A stretch of DNA of 64,000 nucleotides from an uncultured Verrucomicrobiae bacterium (lineage in GTDB: Bacteria > Verrucomicrobiota > Verrucomicrobiia > Limisphaerales > Palsa-1400): positions 320,001-384,000 of the forward strand of contig CAVPOM010000006.1 of the NCBI GenBank assembly GCA_963707025.1, given 5' to 3'. A model generated the notes under the pieces. It made no database searches, was not told the origin of the DNA, and saw only the letters and a list, made by a program, of their open reading frames with translations. Both the position numbers and the translations under genes were made by a program. Within the stretch, counting starts at the first letter, position 1, and the number at the start of each line of letters is the position of its first letter. Positions 1-10,193 of the stretch are shown here, piece after piece.

Positions 1-30
1 ATCAGCGGTTCTCCTCTGCATGGATGCGCC

Positions 31-498
31 TCAGGGCTTGCCCGCGCCTGGCGCCAGGGCCTTGAGCTTGGGGTCCAGGGCCAGGGCGGCCTGGAATTCC
101 TTCAGGGCCTGGTCGGGGCGGGAGAGCAGCAGAAGGGCATTGGCCAGATTATAGTGCGCCTCGCCGGTGTTTTGCAGGAGGACGGCGCTTTGAAAATTGG
201 AAACGGCCAGAGGGAAGTTCTTTTGTTCCTCCGCCTGGAAGCCGAGTTTGACGTAGCCGAGGTACAAGTTCTTGTTGACGATCTGGCGGTGCAGCTTCTC
301 GCTGCTGGCGCGGGTGGCCAGTTGCTCGGCGGCGAAATCGGACCGCTGGCCGACGACGTAGGCCGCCACCGTGATGAGAAAGGCGCAGAACAGAAAGATC
401 TCCAACGGCAGGCTGGGAGGCGGGTCGTAGTCCGAGCTGTCCGCCGGAGCGGATGGGCCGGAAGGAACTCCCCCGGGATGGTTGATCGCGTCGGCCAT
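31..498 (-). CDS. Membrane-anchored tetratricopeptide repeat protein
   Basis: One hydrophobic helix (IFLFCAFLITVAAYVV) followed by a TPR-like C-terminus (AHYNLANALLLLSRPDQALKEFQAALALDP). Confidence 0.75.
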   Translation of the reverse strand: MADAINHPGGVPSGPSAPADSSDYDPPPSLPLEIFLFCAFLITVAAYVVGQRSDFAAEQLATRASSEKLHRQIVNKNLYLGYVKLGFQAEEQKNFPLAVSNFQSAVLLQNTGEAHYNLANALLLLSRPDQALKEFQAALALDPKLKALAPGAGKP

Positions 499-556
499 AA
501 TCTTGTTCGCCTGTCAATCTAACGCGCGGTCAGGGAAAAGGAAAGGGAATTGGGCT

Positions 557-1030
557 TCATTTTTTGGCCGCGCCCGTGTGCTTGAGGGCGTGGAAATTCC
601 CCTCTTCGCAACTGCGCACAAACTCCTCCGTGACCGACTTCAATTCCTCCCAGCGCGCCCGGATGGATTTGGCTTCCCCGGGGGTGACCTGGTTGTCGTG
701 CGCCGAGTCGGCCATGACGCCGAGCAAATCGGCAAAGTCCTGCACCACGTTGTTCATGGAGGGCACCAGGAAGGCCGGATGCGGCCTGCCCGTTTTTGGG
801 TTCTTGATGAAAAAACCGCCCGCCTGCTGGCACAGCCATTGCACGATCCGCTCATCCCCGCTGCACCGCACCAGCTTGGCCACCCGGTCCAACGGATTGA
901 CCGCCCCGCTTTTTTGCGCGGGCGGCTCGGCCCATTTATAGACCATGGACAGGGAAAGGCCCAACTCACCGGCCGCATGCTTGGGACTGGTCTTTTGAAA
1001 GACCTCGCGCAGAATTTCATGGGATTCCAT
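557..1030 (-). CDS. Phage regulatory CII-family / HTH protein
   Basis: ATG at 1030 (MESHEILREVF...AAGELGLSLSMVYKWAEP) gives an N-terminal HTH; helical C-terminus (DNQVTPGEAKSIRARWEELKS) resembles the CII/CP76-like family. Confidence 0.6.
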   Translation of the reverse strand: MESHEILREVFQKTSPKHAAGELGLSLSMVYKWAEPPAQKSGAVNPLDRVAKLVRCSGDERIVQWLCQQAGGFFIKNPKTGRPHPAFLVPSMNNVVQDFADLLGVMADSAHDNQVTPGEAKSIRARWEELKSVTEEFVRSCEEGNFHALKHTGAAKK

Positions 1031-1146
1031 GAGGGGAAGACTGCCGCAAGCCAGGGCGGTTGGCAAGCCAACTTTGCGGCCCGGCCCGTCAACTTTTCCA
1101 AATTCCGGCGTGACATTGGCCTTGGGCCGTGGCAAATCAAGCGCCT

Positions 1147-1794
1147 ATGAAAAATTTGAAAAGCGCGTTTAGCTTCCTCATCGGGCTGGCCCTGGCAGGT
1201 CTGAGCGGTCCATTGGCCTCGCCGTCCGCCGCCCAAACGAACCCGCCCCCGCCTGCCGCCAAAGCAGTTGCCGGCGAAAAGGCAGTGGCGGTGATTAAAA
1301 CCTCTGAAGGCGACATGGTCATCGAGTTTTGGGATGATGCCGCCCCCGCTACCATTTTGAATTTTAAAACCCTGGCGAACGACAAGTTTTACGACGGCAC
1401 CGCCTTCCACCGCATCATGAAAGGGTTCATGGTGCAGGGCGGTGATCCGAAGACCAAAGATCCAAACAATAAAGAGGCCTACGGAACGGGCGGCCCGGGC
1501 TACACCATCAAAGACGAAAAGAATGGCCACAAACATGAAAGAGGTGTCATTGCCATGGGCAACACCGGCGCTCCCAACTCAGCAGGCTGTCAGTTCTACA
1601 TCTGCCTCGCGCCCCAACCCGGGCTGGATCGGATGAACTACACGACCTTCGGCCATTTGATCAAAGGGGACGATGTTCTGGAAAAGATTGGGAATACCCC
1701 CGTCGGACCGGACCGCCGTGGCGAAATGAGTTCTCCGACCAAACGCGTCGAAGTCATCAGCATCAAAATCGTCCCCGCCAGTTCGGTCAAATAA
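1147..1794 (+). CDS. Cyclophilin-type peptidyl-prolyl isomerase with signal peptide
   Basis: FYDGTAFHRIMKGFMVQGGDP and NSAGCQFYI motifs; N-terminal signal peptide. Confidence 0.92.
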   Translation: MKNLKSAFSFLIGLALAGLSGPLASPSAAQTNPPPPAAKAVAGEKAVAVIKTSEGDMVIEFWDDAAPATILNFKTLANDKFYDGTAFHRIMKGFMVQGGDPKTKDPNNKEAYGTGGPGYTIKDEKNGHKHERGVIAMGNTGAPNSAGCQFYICLAPQPGLDRMNYTTFGHLIKGDDVLEKIGNTPVGPDRRGEMSSPTKRVEVISIKIVPASSVK

Positions 1795-1804
1795 ATCAAT
1801 CCTT

Positions 1805-2317
1805 ATGGAAAACAACGAAGTCGCGGTCATCCAAACCTCCCAAGGCGAGATCACGCTGGCCTTTTGGCCGGAGGTCGCCCCCAAAACGGTGGAGAATTTC
1901 AAAACCCTGGCCAAAAAAGGGTTCTATGACGGCACCGCCTTCCATCGCATCGTCAAGGGTTTCATGGTGCAGGGCGGCGATCCTTTGACCAAGGACCCCA
2001 AGCAGGAAAGCCGCTGGGGCACGGGCGATCCCGGCTACAAGATCAAGGCGGAATTCAGCGACAAACCGCATGTTCGCGGCGTCATCTCCATGGCCCGCTC
2101 CTCCGACCCCCATTCCGCCGGCTCGCAGTTCTTCATCTGCCTGGCCGACGCCCGTTTTCTGGACAAGCAGTACACCGCCTTTGGCCAGGTGATCAAAGGC
2201 GACGACGTCCTGGGCAAGCTGGGCGACACCCCCACCACCCGCGGCGGCGGCGGCGAGAACAGCCGGCCCGTCGCGCGCGTCGGCGTCCAGAGCATCAAAA
2301 TCGTTCCCGCCGCCTGA
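1805..2317 (+). CDS. Cyclophilin-type peptidyl-prolyl isomerase (cytoplasmic)
   Basis: FYDGTAFHRIVKGFMVQGGDP, SMARSSDPHSAGSQFFI, YTAFGQV. Confidence 0.93.
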   Translation: MENNEVAVIQTSQGEITLAFWPEVAPKTVENFKTLAKKGFYDGTAFHRIVKGFMVQGGDPLTKDPKQESRWGTGDPGYKIKAEFSDKPHVRGVISMARSSDPHSAGSQFFICLADARFLDKQYTAFGQVIKGDDVLGKLGDTPTTRGGGGENSRPVARVGVQSIKIVPAA

Positions 2318-2329
2318 GGAACCGGGCTT

Positions 2330-2524
2330 GTGACTGTCCCTGAGCTTGCCGCATTGCTGGTGGCGCTGGGTTGTCCGGCGGAAAAATCGGCTGAGATGGC
2401 CGCCCAACTGGACAAGCGCGCCCGCCAACTGGCGGAGCAGAAGCAGAAAACCTACGACCAATCCCTGACCCATCTGCTCAACCTGATGAAGCAAGGCTGG
2501 GCCGCAAAAGGAATTAAGAATTAA
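2330..2524 (+). CDS. Small hypothetical protein
   Basis: 64-aa ORF in operon position with host-like codon usage. Confidence 0.65.
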   Translation: MTVPELAALLVALGCPAEKSAEMAAQLDKRARQLAEQKQKTYDQSLTHLLNLMKQGWAAKGIKN

Positions 2525-2582
2525 GAATGTAGAATTAAGAATTCAGAGATTTCACTATTCACCATTCAATATTCAAAATTCC
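2511..2582. repeat. Heptamer tandem repeats (GAATTAA x5, then TTCAnnA x4)
   Basis: gaattaa gaattaa gaatgta gaattaa gaattca ... ttcacta ttcacca ttcaata ttcaaaa. Confidence 0.75.
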
Positions 2583-3125
2583 ATGATTCAGCCGTGGCGC
2601 AAAATCTCATCCCGGTCGCTGGGCGATTTCCGCATTTTCACCCTGCGGGCCGATCTGAAAATATCACCGCGCACGGGCCGGGAACATGAATTCTTTGTCA
2701 TGGATTCGGTCAACTGGGTCAACGTGGTGGCGGTGACGCCCGATCAACAGATCGTGCTGGTGGAGCAATATCGCCACGGCACCGACACGGTGGAATTGGA
2801 AATACCCGGCGGCGTGATGGACGCTCGGGACTCCTCGCCGGAGGCGACGGGCTGCCGTGAATTGCGCGAAGAAACCGGCTACGCAGGCGAACGGGCCCGG
2901 GTCATCGGCCGGGTTTTTTCCAACCCGGCCATCATGAGCAACACCTGCTTCACCATCCTGGTGGAGAACTGCCGTCTGGCCGGCCCGGTCCAATTCGACA
3001 GCGGCGAAGATTTGATCACGCGCCTCGTGCCGGTGGCGGAAGTGGCCGGTTTGGTGGCGTCGGGAAAAATCCGCCATTCCCTGGTGGTGGCGGCGCTTTA
3101 TTACTTCAACCTGGTCAGTCGTTGA
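2583..3125 (+). CDS. NUDIX hydrolase (ADP-ribose pyrophosphatase-like)
   Basis: Nudix box PGGVMD...EATGCRELREETGY and LVEQYRHG. Confidence 0.9.
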   Translation: MIQPWRKISSRSLGDFRIFTLRADLKISPRTGREHEFFVMDSVNWVNVVAVTPDQQIVLVEQYRHGTDTVELEIPGGVMDARDSSPEATGCRELREETGYAGERARVIGRVFSNPAIMSNTCFTILVENCRLAGPVQFDSGEDLITRLVPVAEVAGLVASGKIRHSLVVAALYYFNLVSR

Positions 3126-3127
3126 AA

Positions 3128-3406
3128 CTAAGTTTGCTTTCTAACTTTTTCCTTCTTTTCTTCCAATTCGGCCTGGAAGGTTTTGCGCGCGCTGACCAGT
3201 TGTTTCTCAATCTGCTCATAGGCTTCGGCATCGCCTTTGCCGGCGGCGGCGCGCAGTTCGCCTTTGAGAAAGATTTCGCGCTCGGCGATTTTGGCGGCGT
3301 ATTTGGAATCCAGTTCGGCCAACTGCTTTTTTTGTTCGTCGGTCAATTTGGTGGCGGGGGCGCTTTTGCCCAGGCGTTCCATGGCCAGTTCGTAGGAGGA
3401 TTTCAT
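3128..3406 (-). CDS. Coiled-coil hypothetical protein
   Basis: 92-aa helical ORF MKSSYELAMERL with coding-like composition. Confidence 0.75.
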   Translation of the reverse strand: MKSSYELAMERLGKSAPATKLTDEQKKQLAELDSKYAAKIAEREIFLKGELRAAAGKGDAEAYEQIEKQLVSARKTFQAELEEKKEKVRKQT

Positions 3407-3428
3407 GGGTGGGACCGGTGGTGATGTT

Positions 3429-3857
3429 TTATTTTTTCTTCCAAGGCATGTCGGGAAATTTTGCCGGGATGGGCGGCGGCGGCTTGGGCCGGGCGGCGGG
3501 CAAAGTGGATTCGGCCGCCTGCCGCGCGGCGGGAGCGGCCATGTCGCCGCGCCAGGAGGCGATGCGCGCCTGCAAAGCGTGGTGTTCGGCGGTCTTTTTG
3601 TCGCCGGCCTTCATGTAGGCGCGGGACAGATTGGTGTGGACCATCTGGTCGTTGGGCCGCATTTTTTCCGCCTTGTGCCCCTCGGCGATGGCGGCGGGAT
3701 AATCGCCCTGGGCAAAATAAGCGCCGCCCAGGGCCAGTTGGGCGTCAAAAAAATCCGGGTCTTCCGCCAAGATGGCCTTCAACCGTTGGATGGTGGCATC
3801 GCCATGTCCGGTGCTGAACTCGAACATGGCGTCATCAAATTGCTCCTGCAAGGTCAT
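3429..3857 (-). CDS. Tetratricopeptide repeat protein
   Basis: DPDFFDAQLALGGAYFAQGDYPAAIAEGHKA TPR-like repeats; Pro-rich tail. Confidence 0.75.
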   Translation of the reverse strand: MTLQEQFDDAMFEFSTGHGDATIQRLKAILAEDPDFFDAQLALGGAYFAQGDYPAAIAEGHKAEKMRPNDQMVHTNLSRAYMKAGDKKTAEHHALQARIASWRGDMAAPAARQAAESTLPAARPKPPPPIPAKFPDMPWKKK

Positions 3858-4027
3858 CGGCTGGGAAGATACTCCCGCCGGCACGGGATTGGCGAGCCTG
3901 ACTTGATGGGAGGCATGGGACGAACAGGCGGAGCGATTTGAGGCATTTTGTCTTGCGGCCAGGGATGGACCATTGACTGTTTTGTCCTTGCCTTCGCCTC
4001 GGCGGTCAAATCTGCTTGAGGCCGTTT

Positions 4028-5545
4028 ATGCGCCAGCTTTTCCGCCGCAAGTCACTTGACCGCCTGGTGGGCGAGACCCTCGAGCCGCAGCATCAGCTCA
4101 AGCGGGCGCTTGGCCCCGTGCATTTGACGTTATTTGGCGTGGGTGCGATTGTCGGCGCGGGGATTTTCTCAGCGGTTGGCACGGCGGCGGCGGGCGGGGC
4201 GGACCACATCGGGGCCGGACCCGCCATCGTGGTTTCCTTTTTGATCATGGCGCCCATCTGCGCGCTGGCGGGATTGTGCTACGCCGAATTCGCGTCCATG
4301 GCGCCGGTGTCCGGTTCGGCTTACACCTATGCTTACGCGTCGCTGGGGGAGTTGATGGCATGGATCATCGGCTGGGACCTGATTTTGGAATACGCCGTGG
4401 GCAACGTGGCGGTGGCCATTTCGTGGTCGGGTTATTTTCAAGCCTTGCTGCATTATCATTGGCCGGGCTGGCTGGGGGTGGACTTTCGGTCGGCCTTTCA
4501 GGCGGCCGGAGCGTTGGCGGACGCCACCGCCAACCACGTTGATCTTGCCAGCTTGGGCGACGACACGATGCGGGCCGCCCTGGCCTGGCAGCAAGCGCCG
4601 CATTTTCTCGGGATGCGGATTATCTTCAACCTGCCCGCTTTCGGCATCGTGATGCTGCTGACCGGGGTGCTGGTCAAAGGCATCAAGGAAAGCGCCCGGT
4701 TCAACTCCGGGATGGTCCTCCTCAAACTGGCCATCCTTTTGTTCTTCCTCATTCTGGGTGCCTTTTACCTAAAGCCGGAAAACTGGAAGCCCTTCGCGCC
4801 TCATGGATGGACCGGCATCAGCAGCGGGGCGGCCGTGATCTTCTTTGCTTACATCGGATTCGACGCGGTATCCACGGCGGCGGAGGAAACGCGCAACCCG
4901 CAACGCGACATGCCCATCGGCATCCTGGGCAGTCTGGGTCTTTGCACGGTCATTTATGTGGCGGTGGCGGTGGTGCTGACCGGGATGCTGCCATCCGGCA
5001 AACTGGATACCGCCGAACCCCTGGCCACCGCCTTCACCGGATTGGGCCTGAACTGGGTGGTGGTGATTATCTCGGTGGGCGCGCTGCTGGCCAATGCTTC
5101 GGTCTTGCTCGTCTTTCAAATGGGCCAGGCGCGCATTTTTTTCAGCATGGCCCGGGATGGATTGCTGCCGCCCTGGGCGGCCGCGGTGCATCCGAAATAC
5201 CGGACCCCGCACATCTCGACCATCCTGACCGGCCTGGTGGTGGCGGCGTTCGCTGGAGTGATGAAAATAGACGAAGTGCTGGACCTGTGCAATATCGGGA
5301 CCGCCTTCGCTTTTGTCTTGGTCTCAGCCGGTGTGATCATTTTGCGCAAGACCGACCCGGATCGCCCGCGCGGTTTCAAAACGCCGTGGGTGCCTTGGGT
5401 GCCATTGGCGGCGGTGATTTCGTGCGGCTGGCTGATGAAGATCCAGCCGCTGGTTACCTGGCGGCGGTTCGTCATCTGGCTGGTGGCGGGGCTGGCCCTC
5501 TATTTCTGCTATGGTTTTTGGCGCAGCAAGCTGCGGAAAAGGTAG
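4028..5545 (+). CDS. APC-family amino acid permease
   Basis: GAIVGAGIF, GSAYTYAYA, FFAYIGFDAVSTAAEE; many TM helices. Confidence 0.93.
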   Translation: MRQLFRRKSLDRLVGETLEPQHQLKRALGPVHLTLFGVGAIVGAGIFSAVGTAAAGGADHIGAGPAIVVSFLIMAPICALAGLCYAEFASMAPVSGSAYTYAYASLGELMAWIIGWDLILEYAVGNVAVAISWSGYFQALLHYHWPGWLGVDFRSAFQAAGALADATANHVDLASLGDDTMRAALAWQQAPHFLGMRIIFNLPAFGIVMLLTGVLVKGIKESARFNSGMVLLKLAILLFFLILGAFYLKPENWKPFAPHGWTGISSGAAVIFFAYIGFDAVSTAAEETRNPQRDMPIGILGSLGLCTVIYVAVAVVLTGMLPSGKLDTAEPLATAFTGLGLNWVVVIISVGALLANASVLLVFQMGQARIFFSMARDGLLPPWAAAVHPKYRTPHISTILTGLVVAAFAGVMKIDEVLDLCNIGTAFAFVLVSAGVIILRKTDPDRPRGFKTPWVPWVPLAAVISCGWLMKIQPLVTWRRFVIWLVAGLALYFCYGFWRSKLRKR

Positions 5546-5643
5546 GGCGGGCACTCCGCTGCCTGCCGTCGAGCATTGGCGGGGGATCAACGCCGCGCTC
5601 CAGTCGTGCGGCGGGTCCCGATATTTCGGGGCCCGCCTTGCCC
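5541..5643. repeat. GTAG-type REP-like doublet (family A)
   Basis: ggtagggcgggcactccgctgcctgcc ... gtcgtgcggcgggtcccgatatttcggggcccgccttgcc; related copies near 22772, 30558 and 48026. Confidence 0.8.
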
Positions 5644-5669
5644 CCATTGCATTTGCCGCGATTTGCCAC

Positions 5670-5778
5670 TTGACGATTTCCGGGGGTTGGTTAATATGTT
5701 GGAGAAGCTTTAAATTGTATTGCTGGATGAGTCCAGCGCGCAAAGTCGGAGAGCCAGGATCTACCGGCTTTTTTATTC
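5670..5778 (+). promoter_or_regulatory. Putative sigma70 promoter and structured leader of nusA
   Basis: TTGACG-16 nt-TAATAT, then hairpin gctgga-tgag-tccagc and aagtcgg...ccggcttttttt. Confidence 0.4.
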
Positions 5779-5803
5779 CCCGCGTGGGGAATGTGAAGAT
5801 GTT

Positions 5804-7075
5804 ATGAACGCCGATTTTTTGGCAGTGTTAGAGTTCTGGGAACGGGAAAAAGGGATCAGCCGGGATGTGTTGGTCTCCGCCGTGGTGGAGGCCCTGACGG
5901 CCGCCGCCAAAAAAGCGGTTGGCCCGGCCCGCGACCTGCGCTGCGTCATTGACACCAAAAACGGAGACATCAAGGTCTTTGCCAAATTGCTGGTCTCGGA
6001 AAAAGTGACGTCCAAACACGACCAGATTTCGGTCTTCGACGCCCGGCGCCTCAAAGCGGAGGCGCAACTGGGGGAGGAAGTGGAAGTGGAGGTCACGCCG
6101 TCGGGATTCGGACGCATCGCCTCGCAATCGGCCAAGCAGGCCCTCATGCAGCAAATCCGCCGGGCGGAAAAAGAGCTGATCTTCACCGAATTCAAGGACC
6201 GGGTGGGGGACATCATGAGCGGGGTGGTGCGCCGCTTCGAGAGGTCGGATGTGACGATTGACCTGGGCAAGTACGAGGCGCTGCTGCCCAACCGCGAACG
6301 GGTGCCGACGGAAGAATACCAGATTGGCGAGCGCATCCGCTGTTACGTCAAGGCGGTGGAAACCGGCCAGCACGGCCCGGAGATCATCCTCTCGCGGGCC
6401 GACCCGCAATTTGTCATCAAACTGTTCCAGTTGGAAGTTTCCGAAATCAACGACGGCACGATCGAAATCAAGGGCATCGCCCGCGAACCGGGCTTCCGCA
6501 CCAAGCTGGCCGTCCACACCCGCGATCCGAAGGTGGACCCGGTGGGGGCGTGCGTGGGCCTGCGCGGGCAGCGCGTCAAGAATATTGTGCGGGAACTCAA
6601 CAACGAGAAGGTGGACATCATCAAGTGGGACGCGAACGTGAAGACTTACATCGCCAACGCCCTCTCCCCCGCCCAGCTCAAGGCCTTCACCGTGGACGAG
6701 CCGCGCCGCCGGGTGAAGATCATGGTGGCGCAGGACCAGCTTTCCCTGGCCATCGGCAAGCGCGGCCAGAACGCCCGGCTGACCTCCAAGCTGACCGGCT
6801 GGCAAATAGACATCGAGCCGGAGACGGTCGTGACCCTGGGCTTTGAGGAGAAGGTCGCCCAGGCGGTGCAAAATCTGGCGGCCATTCCGGGCCTGACCGC
6901 CGAGCAGGCCAACATTTTGGTGCATGCCGGTTTTTTGACCCTGGACGATTTGTGCCAGGTGGAGGTGGCCGATCTGGAGCAGATCGAGCAACTGAAGGGT
7001 TTTGGGGAGGGGATTGTGGCCGCGGCCAAGGCGGAGGCGGCCCGGCGCAACGGGGGCGATCCGGCGCAGAAATAG
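5804..7075 (+). CDS. nusA: Transcription termination/antitermination factor NusA
   Basis: FGRIASQSAKQ, AREPGFRTK, DPVGACVGLRGQRV, LSLAIGKRGQNARL. Confidence 0.98.
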   Translation: MNADFLAVLEFWEREKGISRDVLVSAVVEALTAAAKKAVGPARDLRCVIDTKNGDIKVFAKLLVSEKVTSKHDQISVFDARRLKAEAQLGEEVEVEVTPSGFGRIASQSAKQALMQQIRRAEKELIFTEFKDRVGDIMSGVVRRFERSDVTIDLGKYEALLPNRERVPTEEYQIGERIRCYVKAVETGQHGPEIILSRADPQFVIKLFQLEVSEINDGTIEIKGIAREPGFRTKLAVHTRDPKVDPVGACVGLRGQRVKNIVRELNNEKVDIIKWDANVKTYIANALSPAQLKAFTVDEPRRRVKIMVAQDQLSLAIGKRGQNARLTSKLTGWQIDIEPETVVTLGFEEKVAQAVQNLAAIPGLTAEQANILVHAGFLTLDDLCQVEVADLEQIEQLKGFGEGIVAAAKAEAARRNGGDPAQK

Positions 7076-7167
7076 CGTGAAGTGATGAGAATAGAGGCTA
7101 CCATGATTGCATGTTAAAGCCATGAAACCTGTGTGGCCCAATCGGCAGCTTTGGCAAAACCAGAACT

Positions 7168-9711
7168 ATGCCCGTTCGTATTTACGATATAGCAAAGAAA
7201 CTTGGCATCGAAAGCAAGGAGGTCCTTGCCAAGGCCAAGGAATTGGGCATTGCCGCCAGAGTCCCGTCCAGCTCGCTGGATAAAATCACCGGCGAGTTTC
7301 TGGAACTGCAATTGGCCGCGCTCCACCCGCCGCCACCGCCGCCACCACCACCCGTAGTCGCCCCGCCGCCGCCCGTCGTTGAAATCGCGCCCCCGCCGCC
7401 CGTGCCAGGGCCGTCCGCCCCTGTGATGGAGGCGCCCAAACCGGCGGAGCCTTTGCCCGTTTTGGAGCCGCCGGTTGCGCCTCCGCCCGCCCTGCCTGCG
7501 GTGGTGGCGGCGCCGGCGACCCTTGCGCCGCCGGCCATCATGGCCGCCGCGCCGGCGGCTGTTCCCGATCAAGTTCCAGGCGCCGTGGCCGCGGCCATCG
7601 CGGCGGCGCCCGCCCCCAAACCGCCCCCGCCGCCGCCCGTTCCGAAGCTGGGCGAAAAAGTTGGGTTTGTGCAACTGCCCCCCAAGCCCGCCCCGCGGCC
7701 CGCCGCGGAAAGGGCCTCCGCCCGCGCCTCCTTGCAGCCCGCCCGCGCCGATTTTAGAGGGCGCGGCGATATTCGCAGCGTGCGCGGCGGCGGACCCGTT
7801 GCGCCCACGGCGCAGCCTGCCGGCGGTCAACGACCGGCCGGCCAGAGGCTGCCGGGCAAAGCGGGCGCGCCCGCCCCGGCGGCGGCCAAGATGCCGGACA
7901 AGATAGTGGCGCCGGCCACAGGGGAACTCATCACCCTCAAACCGCCCATCATCGTCCGCGACCTGGCCGAACACCTGAAACGCAAGCCGTTCCAGATCAT
8001 TGAAAAGCTGATGGAGCTGGGAGTTTTTGCCAGCGTCAACCAATCGGTGGAGGAGGAGATCGCGCGGCAGGTCTGCGCCAAGTTTGGCTATCGTTTCGAG
8101 GTGGAAAAGCGCGTGCGCGGCGGCGGCACCGTCCACGACATGGACAAGAAAGTGGAACTGGACGTGGAGGACAAAAGCGAGCAGATGCGGACCCGCCCGC
8201 CGGTCGTCACCATCATGGGCCATGTGGACCACGGCAAGACGACTCTGCTGGATGTGATCCGCAAAGCCAATGTCGCCGCCGGGGAGGCGGGAGGGATCAC
8301 CCAGCACATTGGCGCCTACACCATTTCCTTTCCGCATCCCGAACGCAAAGGGGAGATCCAGCAGATTACGTTTCTGGACACCCCGGGCCACGCCGCGTTC
8401 AGCGCCATGCGCGCCCGCGGCGCCAACGTGACCGACATCGTGGTCCTGGTGGTGGCGGCCAACGACGGGGTGATGCCCCAGACCATCGAAGCCTTGAACC
8501 ACGCCCGGGACGCCCATGTTCCCATCATCGTCGCTGTCAATAAATGCGACCATCCCAACGCCGGCCCCATGAAAGTGCGCCAGCAGCTCCAGGACAAAGG
8601 GCTGGTCTCCGATGAGTGGGGCGGGGACACGATTTTCGTGGATGTCTCCGCCCTGACCGGCAAGGGAGTGGATAAATTGCTGGAAATGATACTCCTCCAG
8701 GCCGACCTGCTGGAACTGAAGGCCAACCCGGACCGCAACGCCAAGGGCAACGTCATTGAATCCGGCCTGGAACCGGGCGGCCCGACCGCCACCGTCCTGG
8801 TGCGCAAAGGAACCCTGCGCATTGGCGACGTGGTGGTTTGCGGCGCTTACTGGGGCAAGGTGCGGGCGCTGATCAGCGAGGAAGGCGCGCGCCAGAAGGA
8901 AGCCGGCCCTTCCGTGGCGGTGAAGATCCTCGGCCTCAACGGCGTCCCCGTGGCCGGCCAGGAATTCAGCGTGATCGAGGACGAGAAAATGGCGCGCACC
9001 CTGGCCGAACAGCGGGAAGAGGAACTGCGCAACCTGTCCACCGAGTCCCGCGCCAAAGTGACCCTGGAGAATTTGTTTGCCACCCTGGACGCCACCAAGG
9101 CCAAATCCCTCAAGGTCGTGGTCAAGGCCGACATGCAAGGCTCGGTCGAAGCCATCGTCGAGGCGCTCAAGAAAATTGAGGATGCCAAGGTTTCGCTGGA
9201 GGTCATTCACAGCGCGGTCGGCACCATCACCGAATCGGACGTCTCCCTGGCCTCCGCCGCCTCGGCCATCATTCTCGGTTTCCACACCCGCATTGATGTG
9301 GGGGTGGCCGACCTGGCCAAACGCGAAGGGGTGCAGATCAAACTCTATTCCATCATCTACGAGCTGATTGACGAAGTCAAGGCCTCCATGGCCGGCCTGC
9401 TCGAACCGGCCATTAAAGAAACCGTCATCGGCACCGCCGAGGTGCGCAAGCTCTTTGAATTGTCCAAGGGCGGCCATGTCGCCGGCTGCATGGTGAGCAG
9501 CGGGCGGGTGGTGCGCGGCAAGGCCCGGGTGCTGCGCCGCAAGGGCCTGATTTACGAGGGCGTGGTGCAGAGCCTTCGCCGTTTCCAGGACGAAGTCAAT
9601 GAAGTGCGGGCCGGCATGGAATGCGGCATCCGCATCGAGGGTTTCAACGACATGCAAGTCGGCGACACCATAGACTGCTTCATCACCGAAAAAGTCGCCC
9701 CCAAGGCCTGA
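7168..9711 (+). CDS. infB: Translation initiation factor IF-2
   Basis: [32 protein letters not shown]; Pro/Ala-rich N-terminal linker. Confidence 0.98.
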   Translation: MPVRIYDIAKKLGIESKEVLAKAKELGIAARVPSSSLDKITGEFLELQLAALHPPPPPPPPPVVAPPPPVVEIAPPPPVPGPSAPVMEAPKPAEPLPVLEPPVAPPPALPAVVAAPATLAPPAIMAAAPAAVPDQVPGAVAAAIAAAPAPKPPPPPPVPKLGEKVGFVQLPPKPAPRPAAERASARASLQPARADFRGRGDIRSVRGGGPVAPTAQPAGGQRPAGQRLPGKAGAPAPAAAKMPDKIVAPATGELITLKPPIIVRDLAEHLKRKPFQIIEKLMELGVFASVNQSVEEEIARQVCAKFGYRFEVEKRVRGGGTVHDMDKKVELDVEDKSEQMRTRPPVVTIMGHVDHGKTTLLDVIRKANVAAGEAGGITQHIGAYTISFPHPERKGEIQQITFLDTPGHAAFSAMRARGANVTDIVVLVVAANDGVMPQTIEALNHARDAHVPIIVAVNKCDHPNAGPMKVRQQLQDKGLVSDEWGGDTIFVDVSALTGKGVDKLLEMILLQADLLELKANPDRNAKGNVIESGLEPGGPTATVLVRKGTLRIGDVVVCGAYWGKVRALISEEGARQKEAGPSVAVKILGLNGVPVAGQEFSVIEDEKMARTLAEQREEELRNLSTESRAKVTLENLFATLDATKAKSLKVVVKADMQGSVEAIVEALKKIEDAKVSLEVIHSAVGTITESDVSLASAASAIILGFHTRIDVGVADLAKREGVQIKLYSIIYELIDEVKASMAGLLEPAIKETVIGTAEVRKLFELSKGGHVAGCMVSSGRVVRGKARVLRRKGLIYEGVVQSLRRFQDEVNEVRAGMECGIRIEGFNDMQVGDTIDCFITEKVAPKA

Positions 9712-9798
9712 CTCTTAATCCTGATCTTAATCTTAATCTCCGTGGGGCCATCACGAAAGAGATTGAGAATTATGATTAAGACGACGAGCAGATAAGAG
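9712..9798. repeat. Hexamer-repeat inverted hairpin (TCTTAA/ATTAAG)
   Basis: ctcttaatcctgatcttaatcttaatctc ... gagattgagaattatgattaag; homologue at 52731-52832. Confidence 0.7.
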
Positions 9799-9799
9799 A

Positions 9800-10108
9800 A
9801 TGGACTATAAAATTATATGCCCGGGTTGCCGAACCAGGCTTTCGCGCTGGCGCTATTTTTCCACGCTGTCCATTTACTACCGCTGCCCGGGCTGTGCCGC
9901 CCGGTTTCGCATGACGGCGAAGGGTTTTGCCATCACCTTCGCCGTGGTGGCTGTCCAGTTTTTCTGGGTCGCGCTTGACCTGCTCCACGTTATTTCATGG
10001 TATGTCGCCATTGATTTTCTCGTCGTGACGGCCGCGCTGGGGCTTTGGCTTCTTCCCTTGTGGACGCCCGTGCAGGCGGAGCGGCCCGCCCAGACGGAGA
10101 GGCCATGA
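9800..10108 (+). CDS. Small membrane protein with two CxxC motifs
   Basis: CPGC...CPGC followed by two hydrophobic helices. Confidence 0.6.
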   Translation: MDYKIICPGCRTRLSRWRYFSTLSIYYRCPGCAARFRMTAKGFAITFAVVAVQFFWVALDLLHVISWYVAIDFLVVTAALGLWLLPLWTPVQAERPAQTERP

Positions 10109-10193
10109 TTATGTCAAACCTAATTATGCGCGGCGGGGCGGGCCGGGTTTTTCCAGGACCGGTCCATCCGGCGGCGGCGCGCTGAAAAGGCTC

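Noticed and set aside
2511..2582. CRISPR array (here and at other repeat tracts)
   Set aside because: Units are 6-10 bp without unique spacers, and no cas genes are present
7114..9657. Long antisense ORFs opposite infB (also opposite nusA, acrB, icd and the M14 peptidase)
   Set aside because: Shadow ORFs expected in high-GC DNA opposite well-supported genes
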